This document shows positions 32,443-42,401 of a DNA stretch of 58,054 nt, piece by piece. How positions within the stretch are numbered: position 1 is the stretch's first letter; every line of letters starts with the position of its first letter. The notes beneath the pieces were generated by a model that worked only from the letters and a program-made list of their open reading frames with translations, was not told the DNA's origin and did not search any database. This stretch comes from Acidimicrobiales bacterium (GTDB lineage: Bacteria > Actinomycetota > Acidimicrobiia > Acidimicrobiales > SHLQ01). The position numbers were made by a program, and so were the translations under genes. Location of the stretch: positions 1-58,054 of the forward strand of contig SHLQ01000001.1 in NCBI GenBank assembly GCA_004282895.1. Direction: 5' to 3'.

Positions 32443-34881
32443 ATGGTCACTGTGAGGGCGATTCGGCATATGAGAACCACAAGAAATGCGATTGGGCGAC
32501 TCGTCGTCGTGCTCGCGATGTGTGGTGTCGCCGCCATCATTGCCTCCGACGCAGCTCCCGCTGACGCTGCCAATCACGGCACGCTCGTCGGTGAGGTACC
32601 GCGCCTCGACCTTCCTGTTGTTCTGGACGGAAACGTGCGGGCTCACGCCCAAGTCGGCTCCCGGATCTTCGTCGGGGGCGACTTCCAACAGATCGAACTG
32701 CCGGACGGCACCGTCGTCACCCAGCCTTACATCTTCGCCTACCACATCGATACCGGTGCGTTCGACACGTCGTTCCGGCCGGTTCTCGACAAGGTCGTTC
32801 GTTCGCTCGACGCCTCGCCCGACGAATCCGCTCTCTACGTCGGCGGACGTTTCACCCAATGGGACGGAAACTTCCGAGGACGAATCGCCAAGCTCGACCC
32901 GCTTGGCAACCTCGACCCGACGTTCAAACCGTCGGTGTCCGCTCGGGTGCAGTCGATTGCCGCTCGCAACGACAAGGTGTTCCTCGGCGGAAGTTTCACC
33001 ACCGTCGACGGCCTGCCCCGGCTGGGCCTGGCTGCCGTCGACGCGACCACCGGAGCCGTTGACACCGGGTTCGTGATGGACATCACGGGCTCCACCGCTG
33101 GATCTGATCTTGCCCGCGCCGTAGTGCTCACGAGCGACGGCTCGACGCTCTTCGCTCTCCATCACGGCGGATGGGTCAACCAGACCCCACGCCAAGCACT
33201 CTTGAAGGTCGACGTCTCGGGACCAACCTCGGTCATGAGCGGCTGGCAGGTTAACTGGGATGACCAAGGCAACAGGGATTGTCGAAACAAGCTTCGCGAC
33301 ATGGCGATCTCCCCTGATGACACCTTCATCGTTGTCGGCGGCCAGGGCGCCGACAATCCGCCGAACTGTGACTCCGTCCTGCGCTACCCGGTCGCCGGCG
33401 ACACCGTCGTGACCTACGACTGGTCAGCCCGCATGTACTCGAGCGTGCTCTCGTTGGCCGTGTCCGATGTGGCCGTCTACGTCGGTGGACACTTCTGCGC
33501 CGCGCCGAAGCTGCCGACGCCTCCCGGCGGTGTCAGCTCCACCTGGCCCGGCACAGCCAATGCCTGCGATATCAACGACCCATCGTGGCCGTGGAACCCT
33601 TCCAACCTCGATCCGGAGCACGCGGTCTTCCGTAAGCAGCTCGCCGCACTCAATCCCGCTGACGCGCAGGCGTTGAATTGGGATCCGGGCGCGAACGCGT
33701 TCACGGGCATTCTCGACCTGACGGTTATCGACCGTGGCCTCCTTCTCGGTTCGGACCGGGACCGCATCAACTCGTTCAACGTGGGTCGCTCCGGCTTCAT
33801 CGATCTCGGTGGCGGCACGGACACCACCCCACCAACGGTCTCTGTGACTTCACCCGCAGACGGGTCGTTCCCAACCGCCGTCACCTCGCTGGTCGGCAGC
33901 ATCCTCGACAACGCCGCGCCCGCATCGGTCGACGTCCAGCTTCAGGACACGACCTCCGGACAGTGGCTGCAGACCGATGGCACCTTTGGTGCAACCCCGG
34001 CAAATCTTCCGAATACGACCGTTCCGAACGGCCTCGGCTCACTCGAGTGGACCGTGACCACGCCAACCTTGCCGGGTGCGTCCTATCTCGTGCAGGTCAC
34101 GGGCACCGATGTCGCCGGCAACCAGTCGGCTGTCGAAACATCGACATTCACCATACCCTCCGACCTCGGCTGCACCGTAGCGCTCAACGCCAGCAATCAG
34201 CCGGTCGTGACCTACACCGGCTTCGAAGACGGTGCGGTGTCTACGATCTTCGTTCGCCGAGACGGCAAATGGCTGGCGACAGTCGCCGCCGGCGACGGAA
34301 CCTACACCGATGGCTCGGCCGCGGTCGGTGACCACAGCTATCTCGTCCGCTGGCGTCCTGGTGGCGTGACCACCAACGTGCCCTGCACCCCCGATCCGGT
34401 CACGGTCCCGGGTGTGACCATCGCCTGCACGGCAGTCCTGAACGGCGACGGTCAGCCGGTACTTACTTGGGATGCCGTTGCTGGCGTCGACAACTACAAC
34501 GTCCGAGACAATGGTGGTTGGGTGGCCACGACGACCGCCACCACGTACACCGACGCATCGGCCGTACCAGGGCTCAACACGTACACGATTCGCTACAACA
34601 TGGGTGGCCAGCAGAACATCACCTGTCAGCCTGCTCCCATCGATGTGCCTCAGCCCGATCCGGGCGGGTGCACTGCCACGACCCTGCCGGACGGCTCACT
34701 CGAGCTGAACTGGACGATGGTCGGATCGATCACCCGCTACCAGATCCGCGACGACGGTTGGATCGCAACGGTTGAGGACACACTGACCTACAACATCGCC
34801 GCCCCCGAACCCGGCGTTACCTACAACGTGCGCCACAAGCTCGGTGGCGTCAAGATCGATCGCCCCTGCGATCCGGCATAA
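32443..34881 (+). CDS. Secreted beta-propeller (delta-60/DUF5122-like repeats) protein with Ig-like region and three C-terminal Cys-bracketed FN3-like repeats
   Basis: The signal peptide is MRTTRNAIGRLVVVLAMCGVAAIIASDAAPADA (alternative start at 32470). Repeats have the form GGxFTxxDGxxRxxLAxLDxxGxLDxxF. The three roughly 70-85-aa repeats start at 34171, 34426 and 34669. Confidence 0.65.
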   Translation: MVTVRAIRHMRTTRNAIGRLVVVLAMCGVAAIIASDAAPADAANHGTLVGEVPRLDLPVVLDGNVRAHAQVGSRIFVGGDFQQIELPDGTVVTQPYIFAYHIDTGAFDTSFRPVLDKVVRSLDASPDESALYVGGRFTQWDGNFRGRIAKLDPLGNLDPTFKPSVSARVQSIAARNDKVFLGGSFTTVDGLPRLGLAAVDATTGAVDTGFVMDITGSTAGSDLARAVVLTSDGSTLFALHHGGWVNQTPRQALLKVDVSGPTSVMSGWQVNWDDQGNRDCRNKLRDMAISPDDTFIVVGGQGADNPPNCDSVLRYPVAGDTVVTYDWSARMYSSVLSLAVSDVAVYVGGHFCAAPKLPTPPGGVSSTWPGTANACDINDPSWPWNPSNLDPEHAVFRKQLAALNPADAQALNWDPGANAFTGILDLTVIDRGLLLGSDRDRINSFNVGRSGFIDLGGGTDTTPPTVSVTSPADGSFPTAVTSLVGSILDNAAPASVDVQLQDTTSGQWLQTDGTFGATPANLPNTTVPNGLGSLEWTVTTPTLPGASYLVQVTGTDVAGNQSAVETSTFTIPSDLGCTVALNASNQPVVTYTGFEDGAVSTIFVRRDGKWLATVAAGDGTYTDGSAAVGDHSYLVRWRPGGVTTNVPCTPDPVTVPGVTIACTAVLNGDGQPVLTWDAVAGVDNYNVRDNGGWVATTTATTYTDASAVPGLNTYTIRYNMGGQQNITCQPAPIDVPQPDPGGCTATTLPDGSLELNWTMVGSITRYQIRDDGWIATVEDTLTYNIAAPEPGVTYNVRHKLGGVKIDRPCDPA

Positions 34882-34891
34882 CGCTTCTGAT

Positions 34892-36046
34892 CTAGATCTG
34901 ATCCAGAGCGTCGGAGAGATCAGCGACGAGGTCGTCGCCGGTCTCGATCCCAACCGATAGGCGAACGAGATCGTCGGGAACCTCCAGTGGGGAGCCGGCG
35001 GCGCTCGCGTGGGTCATGACCCCGGGGTGTTCAATCAGGGATTCGATGCCGCCGAGTGATTCGGCGAGTGTGAACAGTCGGGTGTTGGTTGTCAGCGCCT
35101 TGGCGGCCTCGAACCCGGCCGTCACGCGAAACGACACCATGCCGCCGGGTGCCTTCATTTGTCGCTCGGCAATGTCGTACCCGGGATGGCCTTCGAGGCC
35201 CGGATAGAGCACGTGGGACACTTCTGGGTGTCCGGTCAGCAGCTCGACGATCTGCTGGGCGTTCGCTGTGTGGCGGTCCATACGAACGCCGAGAGTCTTG
35301 AGTCCACGCAGTGTAAGGAAGCAGTCCATCGGGCCAGGAACGGCGCCCACCGCATTCTGCAGGAACGTGATGTCGGAGACCCAGTCATCATCGTTTGTAG
35401 CGACAAAACCGCCCACGACGTCGCTGTGACCGCCGATGTACTTCGTCGTCGAATGGATCACCAGGTCGGCGCCGAGTGAGAGGGGCTGTTGCAGGTAGGG
35501 GGAGGCGAACGTGTTGTCCACCACGAGTTTTGCGCCGTGTTTGTGTGCGACCTCGGCGAGGGCTTCGATATCGAACACGGTGAGCAGTGGATTCGTCGGG
35601 GTTTCCATCCACACCACCCGCGTCGCCGGATTCCACGTAGCGTCCAGCAGCTCGGGGTCCGTGAGATCGGCCGCCGACCATTTGACGCCACCTCGGGTGA
35701 TCACCTGGCTGATAAGGCGGAAGGTGCCACCGTAGGCGTCATTGCCGAGCACGATGTGATCCCCGGCGCCAAGAGACCGCAGCACGGTGTCCTCCGCCGC
35801 GAGCCCCGACGCGAACGCCACGCCATGACGGGCGCCTTCGAGCGCGGCGAGCGCGATCTGCAGGGCGGTGCGCGTCGGGTTGCCAGTCCGCGAATACTCA
35901 TACCCGGTGTGTTCGCCCGGTGCCGGTTGGGCATAGGTCGAGGTCTGGAAGATCGGCGTGATTACCGATCCGGTGACCGATTCGGGGTCTTGTCCGGCAT
36001 GGATGGCCCGGGTCTCAAAGCCATCCGTTTCGCGATCGGTTGTCAT
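34892..36046 (-). CDS. metB: Cystathionine gamma-synthase/gamma-lyase (Cys/Met metabolism PLP enzyme)
   Basis: YSRTGNPT and STTKYIGGHSDVVGG (PLP lysine); 384 aa. It lies immediately downstream of cbs. Confidence 0.85.
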   Translation of the reverse strand: MTTDRETDGFETRAIHAGQDPESVTGSVITPIFQTSTYAQPAPGEHTGYEYSRTGNPTRTALQIALAALEGARHGVAFASGLAAEDTVLRSLGAGDHIVLGNDAYGGTFRLISQVITRGGVKWSAADLTDPELLDATWNPATRVVWMETPTNPLLTVFDIEALAEVAHKHGAKLVVDNTFASPYLQQPLSLGADLVIHSTTKYIGGHSDVVGGFVATNDDDWVSDITFLQNAVGAVPGPMDCFLTLRGLKTLGVRMDRHTANAQQIVELLTGHPEVSHVLYPGLEGHPGYDIAERQMKAPGGMVSFRVTAGFEAAKALTTNTRLFTLAESLGGIESLIEHPGVMTHASAAGSPLEVPDDLVRLSVGIETGDDLVADLSDALDQI

Positions 36047-37423
36047 CTAGGTGTTCTCCTCCGACGGTGACAGGAACTCAAGGACGTCCGTGTGGCTGAT
36101 CACCGTTCGCGGGCGACCGCCATCGATCACCAGCAACGCGTTTGCGCCCTCGAACAGTTCCACTGCGGTCTGCACAGATTGGCCGATGCCGATCGTGGGC
36201 AGCGACTGCGCCATGATCATCTCCACCGGCTTGTCGAGCACACTCTCGTCGGCGAAGGTCGCGTTCATCAGTTGGAGCTCAGATACGGCGCCGGAGATCT
36301 CCGCCAGCGCAAACGGTGGCTCGTTCTTTGCGACCGGCACTTGGCTCACCCCGGCATCGCGCATCAACTCGACGGCTTCGCGAACGGGCGTCTCCGGGTT
36401 CACGTAGATGAGGTCACGATCGTTGGGTCCCTTGGCCGCGACAACCTCCGAGACACACGGTCCACTGGGGCTGGTGATGAAGCCGAGGGTGGCGAGATAA
36501 TCGTCGTTGAACACCTTCGATAGATAGCCGCGGCCCGAATCCGGCGTGAGTACGACCATGAGGTCGTCGGGCCCAAGTGATTCGCCAACCTGAAGGGCGG
36601 CGGCGATTGCGGTGCCACACGAGCCGCCGAGCAGGATGCCTTCCTCCCGGGCGACGTTGCGGGCCATGATGAAGCTGTCGCGGTCTGAAACCGCGATGAC
36701 CTCGTCGACGAGATCGGGCTCGTAGGTGGTCGGCCAGAAGTCCTCGCCGACACCCTCGACCAGATACGGGCGACCGGATCCGCCCGAATACACCGATCCC
36801 TCGGGATCAGCGGCGATGATCTTGATATCCGGGTTGTGTTCCTTGAGGTACTTGGCGACTCCCGTGAGAGTGCCGCCCGTGCCCGCGCCGGCGACGAAGT
36901 GGGTGACCTTGCCGTCGGTCTGCTGCCAGATCTCCGGACCGGTCGTGTCGTAGTGCGACTGGGGGTTCACCGGGTTGGAGTACTGGTCGGGGCGGAACGC
37001 GCCGGGAATTTCGGAGACGAGGCGTTCGGCCGTGGAGTAGTAGGACTCCGGGTCCTCCGGCGGCACGGCGACCGGACACACCACAACCTCTGCGCCGTAG
37101 GCCCGGAGGAGGTCGACCTTCTCGGGTGCGACCTTGTCGGTCATGACAAAAACACACTTGTAGCCCCGCTGGTTGGCCACGATGGCCAGCCCCACTCCGG
37201 TGTTTCCACTCGTCGGTTCGACGATGGTGCCTCCCGGCTGCAGGAGGCCTTCCCGTTCGGCGGCTTCGATCATCGCCAGCGCGGGGCGATCCTTCGAGCT
37301 GCCACCGGGGTTCGTGAGTTCGAGTTTCAACACGAAGTCGCAGTCCAGATGGCCGGCAATCTTGGGAGCCCGAACCAACGGCGTGTTGCCAATCAGGTCA
37401 AGAATTGAATCGGCAATCTCCAT
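36047..37423 (-). CDS. cbs: Cystathionine beta-synthase (PALP domain plus tandem CBS domains)
   Basis: ATG at 37423 (MEIADSILDLIGNTPLVR). The PLP lysine motif is NPGGSSKDRPA, followed by GGTIVEPTSGNTG and a C-terminal CBS pair. The track ORF extends spuriously upstream. Confidence 0.9.
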   Translation of the reverse strand: MEIADSILDLIGNTPLVRAPKIAGHLDCDFVLKLELTNPGGSSKDRPALAMIEAAEREGLLQPGGTIVEPTSGNTGVGLAIVANQRGYKCVFVMTDKVAPEKVDLLRAYGAEVVVCPVAVPPEDPESYYSTAERLVSEIPGAFRPDQYSNPVNPQSHYDTTGPEIWQQTDGKVTHFVAGAGTGGTLTGVAKYLKEHNPDIKIIAADPEGSVYSGGSGRPYLVEGVGEDFWPTTYEPDLVDEVIAVSDRDSFIMARNVAREEGILLGGSCGTAIAAALQVGESLGPDDLMVVLTPDSGRGYLSKVFNDDYLATLGFITSPSGPCVSEVVAAKGPNDRDLIYVNPETPVREAVELMRDAGVSQVPVAKNEPPFALAEISGAVSELQLMNATFADESVLDKPVEMIMAQSLPTIGIGQSVQTAVELFEGANALLVIDGGRPRTVISHTDVLEFLSPSEENT

Positions 37424-37532
37424 CGTGGGCCTCTCCGTCCGCGAGTCTCCAGTCTCGCAAGTGCCGCGTCGAATTCCTCCGATGGTCGGTTCGTCAGACA
37501 AACTGGACGACAGCTCGACAGGGAGGCTCATC

Positions 37533-38321
37533 GTGGCGTTGCCGGAATTCGAAACCATCCGACTGGACGAGATGGACAACCGGGTCTTCGAACTCGTGTT
37601 GGCGCGTCCACCAGCCAATGCGTTGTCGAAGCAGATGGCGTTTGAGTTGCGCCAGGCAGCATCCTGGCTCGCCGGGACCGGTGCCGCCCGAGCGGTGGTA
37701 TTGCGGGGCGAAGGCAAGGTGTTCTTCGGCGGCGGCGACCTTGCGGAACTGTCGTCCGGCGGCGATATGACACCGTCGAATCTCAACGAGATGACGATCG
37801 ACTTCCACGGCGCTATTCATCGTCTGGCGACCATGGATGCGCCGGTCGTGACCGGTGTGACGGGAACGGCCGGAGGCGCCGGAGTCAGTACGGTCGCGGC
37901 CAGTGACCTTGTGGTCGCCGGCGAGTCTGCTCGTTTCGTCATGGCGTACACGGCGGCTGGTCTCACCCCCGACGGAACGTCGACGTTCTTCCTCAGCCGG
38001 GTGGTCGGATTGCGGCGCGCGACCGAGATGGTATTGACCAACCGCATGCTCTCCGCCACGGAGGCTCTCGGCTGGGGTCTCATCAACCGTGTGGTTCCTG
38101 ACGATGTCGTCGTGGCCGAAGCCCGAGCGCTGGCGGCGAAACTTGCCGAGGGCCCGACCCACGCCTACGGCGGCGCGAAGCGGTTGCTCATCGCCGGCGC
38201 CTCATCCGCGTTGGCCGAAGCGATGGAACGCGAGTCCTATGCGATCGCCCAACAGTCGGTGCACCCGGAGGCGGTCGAGGGTATGGATGCGTTCCTGAAC
38301 AAACGCAAGCCGAGCTTCTAG
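37533..38321 (+). CDS. Enoyl-CoA hydratase/isomerase (crotonase) family protein
   Basis: GTG at 37533 lies 6 nt after GGGAGG. The crotonase pattern VVLRGEGKVFFGGGDL is present; about 262 aa. Confidence 0.8.
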   Translation: MALPEFETIRLDEMDNRVFELVLARPPANALSKQMAFELRQAASWLAGTGAARAVVLRGEGKVFFGGGDLAELSSGGDMTPSNLNEMTIDFHGAIHRLATMDAPVVTGVTGTAGGAGVSTVAASDLVVAGESARFVMAYTAAGLTPDGTSTFFLSRVVGLRRATEMVLTNRMLSATEALGWGLINRVVPDDVVVAEARALAAKLAEGPTHAYGGAKRLLIAGASSALAEAMERESYAIAQQSVHPEAVEGMDAFLNKRKPSF

Positions 38322-38334
38322 GGCGCGAGCCTTT

Positions 38335-39483
38335 CTAGGACGCGAGGCTGCGCATTCGCCACGTCGTCAGCGCGTCAATTGCGCCATGCATGGTTTCGGG
38401 CGAGCCACAGAAGCTGAATCGCATGTATTTGTGGCCTCGCTTCGGATCGAAGTCGACACCAGGGGTTGCGGCGACACCGAAATCCCGTAACCACTCCGCC
38501 GCCAGGGTTTTGCTGTCGGCGGCGAGATGGTCTGTGCGCGCCCAGATGTAGAACGCGCCGTCGGCCGGTGCAAGATCGGGCATCCCCGCCCGAGGAAGCC
38601 CATCCAGGAGGATCTGCCGGTTTGTGGTGTAGCGCGAGACGTGGCCGTCAAGTTCGTCCCGACAGTTGAGCGCGGCCAGAGCCATGTGTTGGGAGAGTGC
38701 GGGTGGGCAGATCACGAGGTTCTGCGCGAGCCGGTCGAACGGTTCCGCCAGTGGCTCCGGAAGGACCGCCCAACCGATGCGCCAACCGGTCATGGAGAAG
38801 TACTTGCTGAAGCTGTTGATGACTATCGCGGAGTCGGAGTAGCTCGCCGCAGTGGTGGCTTCGGCGTCGCCGTAGATCAGACCGTGGTAGATCTCATCGG
38901 AGATCAGCCGCACGTCATGGCTGTCGCACCAGGCGGCGATTGTTTGCAACTCCCCGGGAGACAAGACCGTGCCGGTCGGATTCGATGGGCTCGCGACGAT
39001 CACCCCGTCGAGTGGTCCCGCCGCTTCGAGGTGTGAGGTGGTCGGTTGGAAGCGGGTCGTCTCATCGACATCGAGCAATACCGGTTCCATGTGCAAGGCC
39101 ACCAACATGTTGCGATAACACGGATACCCGGGGTTGGTGACACCAACCCGAGCGCCGGGTTCAAAGGCGGCAAGAATCGCGAGCACGATCGCGCCAGTCG
39201 CCCCTTGGGTCAGCGCGATTCGACCCGGGTCCAGGTCGATGCCGTAGGTGCGCGCAGCGTGGGCGGCGATGGCAGGCGCGAGCTCAGGGATGCCGCTGCT
39301 GATCGTGTATCCGAGCACGTCGTGGTCGAGGAGTTCATGCCCGGCGGCGATTGCGCCGGCGGGGGCACCGGTTGCTGGCTGGCCAACCTCGAGGTGGAAG
39401 ACCGCATGACCCTCTCGTTCGCGCCGCTGCGCATTCGCAACGACCTCCATGACGTAGAACGGGTCGATCGGTCGGGACGTCAT
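38335..39483 (-). CDS. Class I/II PLP-dependent aminotransferase
   Basis: PFYVMEV...LEVGQP at the N-terminus; NSFSKYFSMTGWRIGW contains the PLP lysine. Confidence 0.85.
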   Translation of the reverse strand: MTSRPIDPFYVMEVVANAQRREREGHAVFHLEVGQPATGAPAGAIAAGHELLDHDVLGYTISSGIPELAPAIAAHAARTYGIDLDPGRIALTQGATGAIVLAILAAFEPGARVGVTNPGYPCYRNMLVALHMEPVLLDVDETTRFQPTTSHLEAAGPLDGVIVASPSNPTGTVLSPGELQTIAAWCDSHDVRLISDEIYHGLIYGDAEATTAASYSDSAIVINSFSKYFSMTGWRIGWAVLPEPLAEPFDRLAQNLVICPPALSQHMALAALNCRDELDGHVSRYTTNRQILLDGLPRAGMPDLAPADGAFYIWARTDHLAADSKTLAAEWLRDFGVAATPGVDFDPKRGHKYMRFSFCGSPETMHGAIDALTTWRMRSLAS

Positions 39484-39496
39484 GACCGGAGGTTAG

Positions 39497-40690
39497 TCAG
39501 CCACCTGAGGTGTACGCCGCAGCGGCCGCGCCCGGAGGAGTGGGATCGTCTCGGGTCTCGATCCAGCGGTGGGGTAATGCAACCCGGCGTGGTCCGTGAC
39601 TGTGGCCGCGGGTGAGTCGAGCGGCTTCGGGGGGAAAGGGTTCATCTGCCAGTGAGCCGAGCACGGCCAGCATCTCGTCGCGGCTCTTCATCTGGTTCAA
39701 CTGCTGGCGTACCTGGGATCCGACGGGGAATCCCTTCAGGTACCAGCCGGGGTGTTTGCGGAAGTCGCGAGTGCCCCGGTCCTCGCCGAGCCAGTCGATC
39801 AACAGGTCGAGATGGGTGGTCATGATCTGCCCGACCTCGGCCAGGCTCGGAGCCGGCGTGATCTCGGTCCCGGTGAATGCCTCGGACAGTTCCTGAAAGA
39901 GCCACGGCCGGCCGAGGCAGCCTCGACCGACGACGACGCCGTCACATCCGGTTTCGGCCATCATGCGTTGCGCATCGGAAGCTTCCCAGATGTCGCCGTT
40001 TCCGAGCACGGGGATCGAGGTGACGTGCTCTTTGAGTTCGCCGATGGCCTCCCAGCGGGCAGTGCCCGAATACGCCTGCTCCGCCGTGCGGGCGTGGAGG
40101 GCGACGGCGGAGGCACCTTCGTCTTCGGCGATGCGGCCGGTGTCGAGGTGGGTGATGTGGTCGTCGTCGATGCCGATGCGGAACTTCAACGTGATGGGTA
40201 CCCCTTCGGCGTTGTTCACCATTGCCCGCACGATGTTGCGGAGCAGATGGTGATGCCAGGGCAACGCGCTGCCGCCACCATGGCGGGTGACCTTTGGAAC
40301 CGGACAGCCGAGATTCAGGTCGATGTGGTCGACCTCACCTTCGCCGACGAGCTTGCGAACAGCCTCGCCGATCCAATAGGGGTCGGTGCCGTAGAGCTGG
40401 ATGCTGCGGGGTGCCTCGCCGTCGGCGAATCGGGCAGTGTGGAGCATCTTCTTGTGCCCCTCCATCAGCGCCCGCGCGGTGATCATCTGGTTGACATAGA
40501 GCCCGCCGCTCGCTGTGGAGGCGTCGCCGGGTGGCAACGTCGCATCATCGAACGGCTGGCGATTGCCGAAGCGTCGACACAAGGTCCGGTAGGGCGCGGT
40601 GGTGACTCCGGCCATGGGAGCAAGAACCACCGGCGGAGAAACGCTCAGGCGGCCGATCTGCAACACATCGGGGAGGACGGAGGTGGACAC
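39497..40690 (-). CDS. dus: tRNA-dihydrouridine synthase
   Basis: LAPMAGVTTAPYR and DLNLGCPVPKVTRHGGGSAL (catalytic Cys region); 397 aa. Confidence 0.9.
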   Translation of the reverse strand: MSTSVLPDVLQIGRLSVSPPVVLAPMAGVTTAPYRTLCRRFGNRQPFDDATLPPGDASTASGGLYVNQMITARALMEGHKKMLHTARFADGEAPRSIQLYGTDPYWIGEAVRKLVGEGEVDHIDLNLGCPVPKVTRHGGGSALPWHHHLLRNIVRAMVNNAEGVPITLKFRIGIDDDHITHLDTGRIAEDEGASAVALHARTAEQAYSGTARWEAIGELKEHVTSIPVLGNGDIWEASDAQRMMAETGCDGVVVGRGCLGRPWLFQELSEAFTGTEITPAPSLAEVGQIMTTHLDLLIDWLGEDRGTRDFRKHPGWYLKGFPVGSQVRQQLNQMKSRDEMLAVLGSLADEPFPPEAARLTRGHSHGPRRVALPHRWIETRDDPTPPGAAAAAYTSGG

Positions 40691-40708
40691 GACTCCAGTG
40701 TGGCGGGA

Positions 40709-41293
40709 TCAGGCACCGAACTGGCTGAAATCCAGCAACCGAAGCCCAAGATCGTCGAACAAGCGAGCGGTGAGGGCTCGGGGGAGGCCGATGATGTTGT
40801 CGGTCGATCCGTCGATGGACGACACGAACAGTCCACCCGCGCCCTGCACTCCGTAGGCCCCCGCTTTGTCGGCTGGTTCGCCCGTCAAGACGTACCACTC
40901 AATGTCCTGATCGGACAGCGGGCTGAACGTCACGGTCGATTCTTCGACGTCCGTGACGGTGTGATCCATGGTGCGGATGGTCACGGCGGTGAGGACGACG
41001 TGGCGACGTCCGGATAGCCGGTGAAGCATGGCACGGGTGTCAGGTTCGTCGACGGGTTTGCCAAGGATGAGCCCGTCGATGATCACGGTCGTGTCCGCAG
41101 CCAGCACGACGTGGTCGGGTTCTGCGAGCACGGTGTTGGCTTTCCCCAGCGCGATGCGACGCACATAGTCGTCGGGGGCTTCACCATCGTGAACGGACTC
41201 GTCGATATCGGCGGGGCGAACCACCGGTTCGATGCCAAGTTGGCGAAGCAGTTCGAGCCGGCGAGGCGAACCGGATGCAAGGATGAGGGCCAT
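40709..41293 (-). CDS. maf: Maf-family nucleoside triphosphate pyrophosphatase (septum formation inhibitor-like)
   Basis: LILASGSPRRLELLRQLGI and AGAYGVQG; 194 aa. Confidence 0.9.
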   Translation of the reverse strand: MALILASGSPRRLELLRQLGIEPVVRPADIDESVHDGEAPDDYVRRIALGKANTVLAEPDHVVLAADTTVIIDGLILGKPVDEPDTRAMLHRLSGRRHVVLTAVTIRTMDHTVTDVEESTVTFSPLSDQDIEWYVLTGEPADKAGAYGVQGAGGLFVSSIDGSTDNIIGLPRALTARLFDDLGLRLLDFSQFGA

Positions 41294-41393
41294 GCGATCA
41301 ACCTAGCGATCCTTGCCCCGCGTGCTCAGGCCCGCTTCGGGCGAACCGATAGATTTGTCAACGACGAAGCAGCGGAAGCCCGAAGGGAACACT

Positions 41394-42401
41394 GTGAGTG
41401 AAACTGTGCTGGTAACCGGGGGCGCGGGCTACATCGGCAGCCATACGGCCTTGGCGTTGCTGAACGCGGGCCATCAGGTGGTGTCGCTCGACAACTACGT
41501 GAACTGCACTCGTGGCGCGCTCGCTGTTGTTTCTGATCTCACGGGGCGAGAGGTTGTGGAGATCGAGGGCGACGCGACTGACGCGACCCTGGTCCAGTCG
41601 GTCATCACGGAACACAACGTCTCGGCCGTCATTCACATGGCGGCGCTCAAGGCGGTAGGGGAGTCGGTCGAGCAGCCGCTCGACTACTACCGAAACAACC
41701 TGGGCAGCGCCATCGCCGTACTCGACGCGATGAAGGCTGCGGGCATCTGGAACTTCGTGTTCTCGTCATCGGCAACGGTGTACGGCGACCCGGAGTCCAA
41801 CCCGATCCCCGAGACCGCCGCGATTGGTGCCGCGAATCCCTACGGCATGACGAAAGAGATGATCGAGGTGATCATGCGCGACGTTGCCGCATCTGATGAT
41901 CGCTGGCGTATGACCTCCCTGCGGTACTTCAACCCGGTCGGTGCCCACGAGAGCGGGCGGATCGCCGAGGCTCCGGTGGGAAAGCCCAACAACCTGATGC
42001 CGATGGTGATGGACGTGGCCACGGGCAAACGGGACGAGGTGATGGTGTTCGGTGACGACTACCCGACGCCGGACGGCACAGGGGTGCGCGACTATATCCA
42101 CGTCATGGATTTGGTCGAGGGGCACGTGGCAGCGCTCGAACACATGGACAACCACAGCGGGTACGAGGTCTACAACCTCGGCCAGGGCTCGGGCGTCAGT
42201 GTCATCGAGATGATTCGGGCGGTGGAGAAGATCACGGGGCTCACCATCCCGTTCCGGATCGTCGACCGCCGGCCGGGAGACATCGCCGAGTGCGTCGCCG
42301 ACCCGGCGCGCGCGAACGCCGAACTTGGTTGGGCCACGACACGTTCGATCGAGCAAGCCTGCGCGGATGCCTGGAACAGTCAGTCCGCTACTGCTGGCTA
42401 G
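41394..42401 (+). CDS. galE: UDP-glucose 4-epimerase
   Basis: GTG at 41394 (VSETVLVTGGAGYIGSHT). The SDR catalytic motif is PYGMTKEMIE; about 335 aa. Confidence 0.9.
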   Translation: MSETVLVTGGAGYIGSHTALALLNAGHQVVSLDNYVNCTRGALAVVSDLTGREVVEIEGDATDATLVQSVITEHNVSAVIHMAALKAVGESVEQPLDYYRNNLGSAIAVLDAMKAAGIWNFVFSSSATVYGDPESNPIPETAAIGAANPYGMTKEMIEVIMRDVAASDDRWRMTSLRYFNPVGAHESGRIAEAPVGKPNNLMPMVMDVATGKRDEVMVFGDDYPTPDGTGVRDYIHVMDLVEGHVAALEHMDNHSGYEVYNLGQGSGVSVIEMIRAVEKITGLTIPFRIVDRRPGDIAECVADPARANAELGWATTRSIEQACADAWNSQSATAG

